A DNA stretch of 64,000 bases from an uncultured Gemmatimonadales bacterium (GTDB lineage Bacteria; Gemmatimonadota; Gemmatimonadetes; Longimicrobiales; Gaopeijiaceae), in contig CAWGKG010000012.1 in the NCBI GenBank assembly GCA_963823035.1, positions 384,001 through 448,000 of the forward strand, given 5' to 3'. The translations under genes and the position numbers were made by a program. Below are positions 55,301 to 64,000 of the stretch, in pieces. The notes beneath the pieces are model-generated. The model did not search any database, was not told where the DNA came from, and worked only from the letters and a program-made list of their open reading frames with translations. The stretch's first letter is position 1. Each line of letters begins with the position of its first letter.

Positions 55301-55386
55301 GTGCCGACGGCCTGGGCGGACAGGGGCTCGGGTGGCAGGCCCCACACCGCGGCGACCGCCAGAGCGGTGAGCAAGGTTCTTCTCAT
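52381..55386 (-). CDS. SusC/RagA family TonB-dependent receptor
   Basis: Carboxypeptidase-regulatory-like N-domain, [55 protein letters not shown]. Confidence 0.96.
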   Translation of the reverse strand: [1001 protein letters not shown]

Positions 55387-55538
55387 GGTTGTCTCCTGGT
55401 TCGTAAGCAGTCTTCGAAAGACCCTCTCACTCCTCGAAGTCGGGCGTGGGATATGCCGAACGCCCGGACCTGCGACGACATCAGTGTCTCATAGGCCGCC
55501 CTCCCCCTTTGCCTTCGAGCGATCCACTCCGCGGGACG

Positions 55539-57589
55539 TCACGAGCCGGACGTCCCCCGAATCACCTCGAAGTGCCGCTCGTACCAGGCGACGCTCCGAT
55601 GGATGAAGTCCACGATTTGATCGGTCTCGCGGATGCCGTGTCCCGACCGGGGATAGAGGACCAACTCCGTCTCCACCCCCACATCCTTCAGCGCGATGTA
55701 GAACTGCTCGGCCTCGGACGTGGGGACGTCGTGGTCGTTCAGGCCGTGGACGAGGAGCGTCGGCGTGGCCACCCGTGCCACGTAGCGGATGGGCGAGCGC
55801 TTCCACAGCCGGTCCATGATGTCCGACTGGTGCGGGAAGCCGCCGTACTCCACGGCCAGATAGTCGTGGTAGTACGACAGGTAGTTGAAACTGACCAGGT
55901 TGGAGATGCCCGCCCGTGGGATCGCCGCCGCGAAGCGGCTGGTCTGCGTGATCAGCCAGTTGGTCAGCTGACCGCCGTAGCTCCCACCCTCCACGCCACC
56001 CGGTCCGGGTCGATCCAGCGAACGGCGGTTCGCCACCTCGACGCCCTGGAGCACGTCCATGGCCTCCGCCCCGTTCTGGTCGGCGAAAATGGCGTCCACG
56101 AAGTTCTGGCCGTAGCCGGTCGAGCCGCGGTAGTTGACCTTCAGCGTCGCCAATCCCTGTGCCGCGTACACCTGCGCCTTGTAGTCGAACTCGGGACCCT
56201 GCTGGCCGTGGGGGCCGCCGTGGATCATCACCACGATGGGATGCCTGGCCTCTCCTGCCGCCCGAGCGGGTGGGTGAGGAACGACTCGACCTCAACGCCG
56301 TCGAAGCTGACGGCGCATGGACTCCACCGGGCGGCCACCGCTCGGCCAGGAACTCCCGGTTCAGATCGGTCAGCGCCTGGGCGACCTGTTCGGCCCGCCA
56401 CGTAGAGCTCGGCCTCGTCGACGGGGGCGGTGAACGAGTAGGCCAACGCCCGTCGGGGGCCAGCGACCACGCCCACCCGCCCGCGCTCCGCCACCACCAC
56501 CTCGGCGCGCCGCCGGAGGCGGGGATCCGTAGAGGTGGACCTCGCCGCGGGTCTGGACCGTGAAGTAGACCGACCGGCCGTCCGGCGACCACGCCGGCGC
56601 ACCCTGGCGCTCGTCGACATCGGCGCCAGAACCCGTGCGTGGCTGCCGTCGGCGTCGACCAGCCAGATACGGGTGTCCTCCATCGTCGTCTCCGACGAGG
56701 TCAGCCCCCGCCGCGTTCCCTGGAAGGCGATGGTGCGGCCGTCGGGCGACCACTGCGGGCGGTACACCACGCTTTCGCGTCGGGTGATGCGCGGACGTCT
56801 CCCGAGCGACGTCCACGGCCTGGATGTCGTAGTTGAAGAAGCGGTCCGGGTCGGGCTCCGTGTTGGAGAGGAAGAGGATCTCCCGCCCGTCCGGCGACCA
56901 GTCGATGGAGTGCTCGTAGCCGAGCCCCGGGTGAGCTGCCGCACCTCGCTCGAGGCCACGTCGACCACGAACAGGTGCAGGCGGCGGTTGTCGTCGAAGT
57001 AGGATCGACCGTCGCGCCGGTGGTCTTGTAGAGGTACCGCGGATGACGATGGGGTCGGCGTCCTCCTGGGCCTCCGCGCCTTCCGGACCCTCCATCGCCG
57101 ACACGAACGCGATCTGACGGCCGTCGGGCGACCAGGTCACGTCTTCGCCCGTGGAGGGGGCGGGGTGGTTGGTCCCCCGGGTCGCGGCCACCAGGCGCCG
57201 GCCGCTGCCGTCGGGCCGGACGACGACGATTCCGGAGCCGTCGTCGGTCCGACCGTCGAACGCGATCCAGGATCCGTCAGGAGACCAACGGGGCCCGCCG
57301 CCGGGCCCCAGCGAGCGGGCCTCATCGGGGAGAGGTCCCGGATCCACAGCTCGGAGGTGGGCCCTCCCGCCGACTCCCTGGACTGAACCGTGTAGGCCAC
57401 CCTCGTCCCATCCGGGGAGAGCTGGACGTCGCCCACGGAACGGAGCAGATGGAGGTCCTCCGCGCGGAAGCCGCCGCCCCTGGGCGGCGCACGACACCGG
57501 CGGGCGAGCGTGAAGCCGCGGCGAAACCCAGGAGCAGGGCGAGGATGGCGAAAGCGTGAAGGCGCGCTGGCCCCGTCACGAAGCGGCAT
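55539..57589 (-). CDS. S9 family (prolyl oligopeptidase/acylaminoacyl) peptidase with PD40 propeller; several frameshifts
   Basis: Repeated WSPDG, IHGGPH, NYRGSTGYG, GGSYGG nucleophile, HGLNDHDVP, YPRSGH. Confidence 0.9.
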
Positions 57590-57787
57590 GGACGGTTTCC
57601 TGATCGTGGGTCGTCTTGCGGCGCGCCGGGGGACGTCCTATTTGTCTCGATACCTGGGTCGATCTCTCGGAGATCTGCGGGCCCACGTGGTCGTTAGGGC
57701 GGAGTCTAGGACGGCCTCATCACCCGGGACTCACCTGCCCATCACCTCCCTGGCGCGCCAACCCGCGCGCCACGAGGTAATCATTCG

Positions 57788-60700
57788 GTGCAGGAGCTTT
57801 TTCTCCTCGGTCCCGTCGATCTGACGGGGAGCGACGGCCCCCGGTTCACTCGGTCCTCAAGCAACCGAAGCGGATCGCGCTGCTGGCCTTCCTGGCCACG
57901 GCTCCCTCCGGGGCCAGGACGCGTGAGGAGGTGCTGGATGTGCTGTGGCACGATGCCGACCGGGAGAAGGCGCGCCACGCCCTCAGCCAGGCCATGTACT
58001 ACCTCCGGCGATCCCTGGGGAAGGACGTGATCCGCAACGGCGGCGAGGTTCTGGCTCTGAACCCCCACGTGATCCGGACCGACGTGGCCGCCTTTCTCCG
58101 CGCGCTGGAGGAGGGCAGGCTCGGCGAGGCCCTCGACCTCTACCGTGGAGATCTGCTCCACGGCTTCGTTCTGGACAGCGAGGCCGAGGTCGACCGGTGG
58201 CTCGACGGAGCGAGGGAGCGGCTGCACCAGCGAGCGCTCGAAGCGACCGACCTCCTCTCCCGACAAGCGGAGAGAGGGGCGGACCTGCGCTGGGCGATCT
58301 CATGGGCCGAGCGCGGCGTCTCCCTCTCTCCGTTCCGCGAGGCGCCGATGCGACGGCTACTCTCCCTCCTGATGGCCGTCGCCGAGCCGGTCCGGGCCAG
58401 GGAGACGCTCGAGCGGTTTCGGGTGGGCCTCCTCGATGCCCTGGACATGGAGCCGTCGCCGGAGACGCTGGCCATCGTGCTGTCGCCTCCGGCCGATCCT
58501 GCGGAGACCCGGAAGACCCCCCCGGTCACGACGGCTCCTCCCGCTCCTCCGACCGCGGTGCCCTCGGCCCCGGCGCTCGCAGGTCCAAAGCCAGACGGTC
58601 TTGAGCCGCGGATTTCCAGCGTCGCCTCGCGCCTCCTTCCGGCTCCCCCGCCTTTGGCGCAGGCCCGCGGCGGTGGTGGGCGTTCCGTCGTGCTGGGCGT
58701 TGGCGCCTACGGCATCAGCCGCGCCACCCAGCCACTGCCCGCGGACGCGATGACGACGTCCAGGCAGAGGGTGGGCGTCTTCCCGTTCAGCTATGGGGGC
58801 CGCCCCGACCTGGCCTACCTGGCCGAGGGCCTGCCTGAGCTCCTGAGCATCAGCGCGAGCGGCCTGGCCGAGGTCACCACGGTGGACCCCCGCGTTCTGA
58901 GTCGCGGTCTCGCCTCGGAGGGCGGGCCGGCCGGCGTCGAGGAGGCACGACGCATCGCACGGAAGTACGGGGCCGACCACTATGTGATCGGAAGCGTGCT
59001 CGAGGCGGGCGGACAGATACAGGTGTCCGCCGAGTTTCACGACACGGAGGGGAATCGTGTCGTCACCGTGTCGGAGCGGGCGCAACAGGAGATCGATCTC
59101 TTCCAGCTCGTGGACGACCTGGTACGCCGCCTGGTGGCCAGCGAGGCATTCCCGAACTCGTCGCAGCTCGAGCGTGCCGCGGCGCTGACGACGAGTTCGC
59201 TGCCGGCGTTCCGCGACTTCCTTCAGGGCGAGCGGATGTTCCGCGCGGGGCTCTTCCACGACGCCACGCACGCGTTCGACGCGGCTACGCGCGAGGATTC
59301 GACGTTCGCGTTGGCGTTCTACCGGGGAGCCGTGGCCTCCCTGTGGAGCCACGAGGCGGATTTCGACGCCGCCCGGGCGAAGCTGGCCAAAGCGCGGGCG
59401 TACCGGTCTCGGGTTTCGGAGCTCGAGGGACTGCTCTTCGATGCGCTCAACGAGTTCCTCGAGGGGCACCTTTTCGGGGCGGAGGTTCTGTACGAGTCGG
59501 TGCTCGCGCGACAGCCGGAGAACTTGGAAGCCCTTTTCCAGCTCGGCGAGACCCGCTTCCACTATGGGGGTCTCCGGGGACAGGCCGTTGCCGAGTCCGA
59601 GGAGCAGTGGCGGCGGATCCTCGCCATCGACCCCGACGACCGGGCCGCCCTGATCCACCTCTCGGCCGTCGCGGCCCGTGAGGGAGACCCTGGACTGGAC
59701 ACGCTCGAGGCGCATCTGACCACCTTGGGAGCCGATTCCGTGGCGGTCCCCCAGATCAGGGCGTTGCGCGTTTTCGCGTCCGGCTCGGAGCGCGAGAAGG
59801 CGGCGTTCGTCGCGGGCATGCGCCGCCTGCCGATGGAGGCTGTGACGAGCACGGCGAGCTATGTAGCGCGTTACCTGCGCGATATCGCCGCCGCCGATCG
59901 GATCGTGCGCGTTCTGACCGCCGAGACGCGGCCGGCTGCGGACCGCGTCGAGGGCTACTCCGTCCTTGCGTATCTCGAGCTCGCCCGAGGCCGTACCGCG
60001 GCCGCAGAGAGGGCGCTGTCGGCCGTTGGCGCCCTGGATCCAGCGTCCGCGGATCTCCATCGGCTCGTTCTCTCGACCCTGCCGAACGTCGCCCTGAAGC
60101 CACGCTCCGGAGGGACGCTCCTCGAGGTGCCGCTGGGCGTCTCAAGCGGCCCACACCGAGCCACGCCGGCGAACTTCGATGGCTCGATCCGATCCGGGCT
60201 GGTGGTCTACGGCCGGGCGTTGGCCTACGCCAAGGCGGGCGGCGAGGACGGGGCGCTGCTCGCGGCGTCCCGGACCCTGTTGGAGGACGCCTCTCCGGAG
60301 GCCAGGTCGTTCCTCGAGGTTCTGGCACACGCCCTCGGCGCCGAGAGACGGTTGCAGCGTCAGGAGGATGCCGCAGCCCGCGACGAACTCGCCCCGGCGC
60401 TTGCCGGGGTGGAGCGGTGGTACGAGAACATTCGCGAGTCCTGGGTGCGCTGCCTCGCGCGCGAGCGGTTCGTGCTCGCGGGGCTGGAGCTCCGGCAGGG
60501 CCGCCCGCAACGTGCGGAGGACCTCCTCCGGTCGCTGGTGGAGAATTCCACCGCCGAGATGCCCTACCTCGGGCCGAGCCTCATCCGCATCGCCGAGATC
60601 CGGGAGCAGGCGGGCGACACCGCGGCCGCGGCGGCCGCCTACGCGTCCGTCCTCGACCTCTGGGCCGGCGCGGACGACGCGTTCATTCCGGTGGTCTCCG

Positions 60701-60789
60701 AACTCCGGGGTCGGCTGGCGGCGCTGCAGTTTGCCGGAGCCGCCCGTCCGCCAACCCCCGCGGCGGCGAGCTCTGGCGCCACCTATTGA
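57788..60789 (+). CDS. BTAD/SARP-type regulator with TolB-N-like and TPR domains; frameshift near 57845
   Basis: LLGPVDL...QPKRIALLAFLA...REEVLDVLW...ARHALSQAMYYLRR, TDVAAF, LYRGDLLHGF; later VGVFPF, TTSSLPAFRDFLQGE, DSTFALA, TPR repeats. Confidence 0.82.
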
Positions 60790-60878
60790 GAGGCGCCCTG
60801 TTCTGCGGGCGCCTCGCAGCCGCTGGTCTCCACGTACACACGTCGTGGGCAGAAAAGGTCGCGACACCAAGCAAGACG

Positions 60879-60915
60879 CCCCCGGGAGCCCTTGTGCGAC
60901 AAGGACTCCCGAGGG
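60879..60915 (-). terminator. Hairpin downstream of tRNA-Asn, probable terminator
   Basis: CCC-CGGGAG-CCTTGT...ACAAGG-CTCCCG-GGG imperfect inverted repeat just past the tRNA 3' end. Confidence 0.55.
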
Positions 60916-60923
60916 CGGTTGTA

Positions 60924-60997
60924 CTCCGGGGGTGGGACTCGAACCCACGACCCTCTGATTAACAGTCAGATGCTCTAACCAACTGAGCTACCCCGGA
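60924..60997 (-). tRNA. tRNA-Asn (GTT), CCA not encoded
   Basis: TCCGGGGTAGCTCAGTTGGTTAGAGCATCTGACTGTTAATCAGAGGGTCGTGGGTTCGAGTCCCACCCCCGGAG folds into a canonical cloverleaf. Confidence 0.97.
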
Positions 60998-61067
60998 AAA
61001 GGCGATCTCCGACCTGTACGGCATCGGATGCCGAGACCTGAAAATAAAGGAATCAGGTCCACCAGTG

Positions 61068-61659
61068 TCAACCGGCCGAGACGGTGCGTGAGGCGCGCTT
61101 CGCGGCGCGGGACAGGATGCTCCAGAGAGCCGGGCCCACGTCGTGGGCGCTCTCCCATAGCTCCCGGTGCCGGGTTGCAGCGAGGCGTGCCGCGTCGTCA
61201 CCGTGAACGGAAGCCAGCGCCGGGCCCCGATGGGGATACGGCCGCTCGAACGCGTGGAAGCCGACCAGGACCGCGCGTGGGCCCTCTCCGTCCACGAAGA
61301 CCGTGAAGTCGGGCGACCAGCCGCCCAGCGGTGCCGACCGCACCTCCAGGCGACCCGCTTCGAGCATGCCCGACCAGGAACCGCACGTTGTCCGCCCGGC
61401 CGGGGATCTGCAGGAGGGCGCGAGCCTCCGCGTCGAGATTCAGGGCGCTGATCTCCGACACGAGAACCTGCATGGCCTCGAGATCGGGAAGGTGCTCCTC
61501 GCGCAGGTCGACCGTGCTCAGCCGGACCCGCGTCACGGCCGTGAGGACGTGCGTGGCGCGGAACGCGAGGGCCCCGAACACGTCTCGGAAATCGGGTCGC
61601 CCCCGCTCGTCGAGCAAGTAGGCCTGTGAGGGGGACAGACCGGGCAGGATGGGTTCCAT
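61068..61659 (-). CDS. Hypothetical protein, possibly a degenerate PLD-like fold; frameshift near 61370
   Basis: Joins ORFs 61198..61659 and 61068..61367; LEVRS...PDFTVF...AVLVG...RELWESA pattern without an HKD motif. Confidence 0.5.
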
Positions 61660-61770
61660 GTGAGCGCAGCTCCGGGAATGGGGTTCCGCGAGAAGTTGCG
61701 CCGACGGACGGGGCGGGGGGATGTCCGGTTCGGACGTCGGCGGTGACGGTCGGCGCGACGGCCCCGGGAC

Positions 61771-62400
61771 TCACGAAGAAGCGGTCGCGCTCTCGATCTC
61801 GAGCTCGGTCTGGTGTCGCGCGACTCCGGGTACCGCGTGGCATTTCCGGCACCGCGCTTCGTAGCTCTCGGCACCTCCGACCTGGATGGTCGGTCCCTCC
61901 GCGGGTGCCGGCTGTCCATCGATGAGGCGCTGGTTGCGCGTGGCGAGGTCCCCGCACACCACGCAGATCGCGTGGAGCTTGTCGATCTTCTCGGCGATCG
62001 CCAGGAGCTGGGGGATCGGCCCGAACGGCTCCCCTCGGAAGTCCATGTCCGTTCCGGCGACGATCACCCGCACCCCGCGGTCGGCGAGGGCGTTCACCAC
62101 GGCGACCACCCCGTCGTCGAGGAACTGCGCCTCGTCGATCGCCACCACCTGGGTGCCGGGGCGCACCATCTCGGCGATCTGCGTAGAGGAGGATACGGGA
62201 TGCGCCTCCAGCTCCGACCCGTCGTGGGAGCTGACCCGGAAGACACCGGCGTAGCGGTCGTCGAGGTGCGACTTGAACACCTGCACGCTCTTGCGCGCGA
62301 TGAGGGCGCGGCGCACGCGGCGAAGCAGCTCCTCGGACTTGCCGCTGAACATCACACCCGAGACGACCTCGACCCAGCCTTCCTGAGCCCCGTGATGCAT
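61771..62400 (-). CDS. tdk: Thymidine kinase
   Basis: [50 protein letters not shown]. Confidence 0.97.
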   Translation of the reverse strand: MHHGAQEGWVEVVSGVMFSGKSEELLRRVRRALIARKSVQVFKSHLDDRYAGVFRVSSHDGSELEAHPVSSSTQIAEMVRPGTQVVAIDEAQFLDDGVVAVVNALADRGVRVIVAGTDMDFRGEPFGPIPQLLAIAEKIDKLHAICVVCGDLATRNQRLIDGQPAPAEGPTIQVGGAESYEARCRKCHAVPGVARHQTELEIESATASS

Positions 62401-62407
62401 TCCGGGA

Positions 62408-63088
62408 TCAGCGGCTCGTGGTGGCCAGAATGACGAGGGTGGCGATGCCGGTCGCGAACGAGACGATGCTGCCCCAGAACGTGAGCTCGTCCCGGACGCG
62501 CGAGCGCCTGCGCGCCGGCACGTGGATCCAGTCCCCGGAATGGACACGCATCTGGATCACCTCCGGGGTGATCTCGTCCGGGCGAATGTTGACGATTTGG
62601 GTCTCGCCGTCCCGCACGAGCCGGACCTGGCTCTGGTCGGAGGGAATCTGGATCGTGTTCAAGGCGTACTCGCTCGCCGCTCCGCCCGCTTCGGCAATCG
62701 CGTCGATGATCGTCGCGCTCGGGTCCAGATAGTACTGGCCGGGCCGACCGATCGAGCCGGTGACGTTCACGCGGAGCTCCACCTTCACGTTCACGACCGG
62801 CTGGTCGTAGAAGCTCCCGAAGAGCTGCGCCAGCCTCTCCCGCAACCCTCCCTCGTCCAGCCCGGAGGCACTGACGCTGCCGACGTACGGGAGGTACAGG
62901 GTCCCTTCACGGTCCACGATGCGGGCCCCCGAGACGACGTCCACGCGTTGGCCGGCGGCCGTGAAGACGTCGATGGTGACCCGGTCTCCCGGTCGGAGCG
63001 TGTACGGAGCCGTGTCCTGGGCCGCGATCGGGGTCGCGAGGAGGAGGGTGAGAACAGGCAGCGCGCGAACCGTGGGTAGCATGATCAC
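62408..63088 (-). CDS. Polysaccharide biosynthesis/export family protein (Poly_export + SLBB)
   Basis: [54 protein letters not shown]. Confidence 0.85.
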   Translation of the reverse strand: MIMLPTVRALPVLTLLLATPIAAQDTAPYTLRPGDRVTIDVFTAAGQRVDVVSGARIVDREGTLYLPYVGSVSASGLDEGGLRERLAQLFGSFYDQPVVNVKVELRVNVTGSIGRPGQYYLDPSATIIDAIAEAGGAASEYALNTIQIPSDQSQVRLVRDGETQIVNIRPDEITPEVIQMRVHSGDWIHVPARRRSRVRDELTFWGSIVSFATGIATLVILATTSR

Positions 63089-63243
63089 CGTGGCACGGTC
63101 ACAAGGATGCCTCGCACTGGGGCGGGGCCGATGGGTGGGCTAGTTTAGCCGAGCCGCTTCCGACTTGTCCAGCGAATCCAGGCGGAGGAAGCACGTATGC
63201 TCCGATTCGGAGATCCGGAGCCGATCCCCTACAGAGGCTGTCG

Positions 63244-64000
63244 ATGAAGACCTTCTCGATGAGCGCCTCCCTGGCGCTCGCATGGGCGCTCCAGGGTGCC
63301 GCATGTGCCGGTCAGGTGCCGCAACAGCAGCAAGGACCTCGGCTCCTGGTGATGATCTCGGTGGATCAGCTCCGGGCCGACCTGGTGGATCGCTACGCGC
63401 CGGCATTCACGGGCGGGTTCAAGCGGCTCATGGATCAGGGCTACCACTTCACGCAGGCGTCCCATGCGCACGCGACCACGGAGACGGCCGTCGGGCACGC
63501 CACGCTCTCGACCGGTGTGTTCCCGTCTCGCTCGGGCATCGTGGCCAACAACTGGTCGGTGAAGGACGGCGACACCTGGAAGGACATGTACGCCGTCGAG
63601 GACCCGGACTCGCCGATCGTGGGTGTGCCCGACGCGCCCGGTCGCTCGCCGAAGAACCTCCTCCGACCAGGGCTGGCGGATTGGGTGCTCGCAGCGGACC
63701 CCGAGGCGCGGGTGGCGTCCGTCTCCGGAAAGGACCGAGCGGCCATCACCCTCGCGGGCAAGACCCGAAGCCAGGTGTATTGGCTGGCTCCCTCGGTCGG
63801 GCGCTTCGTGACGTCGACCTACTACCGCGATGCTTACCCCGACTGGGTGGAGCGCTTCAACACGGAGGTGATGCCCGGGCTCCTGGCGGACACCGTCTGG
63901 AACGACGAGGTCCCCCCGTCGCTGAGGAGACTCGCGCGATCCGACTCGGCCTTCTACGAGGGCGACGGCTTCCACACCACGTTCCCCCATGTCGCGTCCC
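63244..64000 (+). CDS. Alkaline phosphatase family protein (PafA/nucleotide pyrophosphatase type), 3' truncated by the window
   Basis: Manual translation: signal peptide, PRLLVMISVDQLRAD, GGFKRLM, TETAVGHATLSTG, GIVANNW, SGKDRAAI. Confidence 0.9.
   Translation, partial: MKTFSMSASLALAWALQGAACAGQVPQQQQGPRLLVMISVDQLRADLVDRYAPAFTGGFKRLMDQGYHFTQASHAHATTETAVGHATLSTGVFPSRSGIVANNWSVKDGDTWKDMYAVEDPDSPIVGVPDAPGRSPKNLLRPGLADWVLAADPEARVASVSGKDRAAITLAGKTRSQVYWLAPSVGRFVTSTYYRDAYPDWVERFNTEVMPGLLADTVWNDEVPPSLRRLARSDSAFYEGDGFHTTFPHVAS

Overview
High-GC bacterial chromosome segment that spans the replication origin. Gene content (ADOP permease/PadR, SusC/SusD with many peptidases, BTAD-TPR regulator, oriC gene order) suggests Gemmatimonadota; this is inference. 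Core region (4.5-19 kb): Nif3/DUF34, bactofilin, M23, parB, parA, two perfect parS sites, mnmG, acylphosphatase, mnmE, yidC, yidD, rnpA, rpmH, dnaA, oriC and dnaN. It is followed by pyrE, a sigma-54 two-component operon and a lipid-related cluster (PPTase, thioesterase, LuxR-ATPase, cis-prenyltransferase, DAG-kinase family, ADC-like, PlsC, Tam41-like nucleotidyltransferase, CDP-alcohol phosphotransferase). Next come a two-gene RiPP-like module (NPPF methyltransferase with a putative RRE plus a Nif11-leader precursor), an orphan SH3-muramidase, PadR-ADOP, a SusC/SusD peptide-utilisation locus, tRNA-Asn, tdk, a Wza-like gene and a partial alkaline phosphatase. About 20 genes, including yidC, mnmE and pyrE, carry frameshifts that most likely are long-read assembly indels rather than pseudogenisation, so frame-dependent claims need read-level checking. 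Best candidates for novelty: (1) the Nif11 precursor plus methyltransferase RiPP module; (2) the bacterial Tam41-like phospholipid operon; (3) an rnpA frame whose only start codon lies upstream of rpmH (Thermus-like gene-in-gene); (4) a DnaA-box cluster about 12 kb from oriC; (5) MITE-like structured elements bracketed by the two parS sites. All family assignments come from motif recognition by eye; no searches were run.
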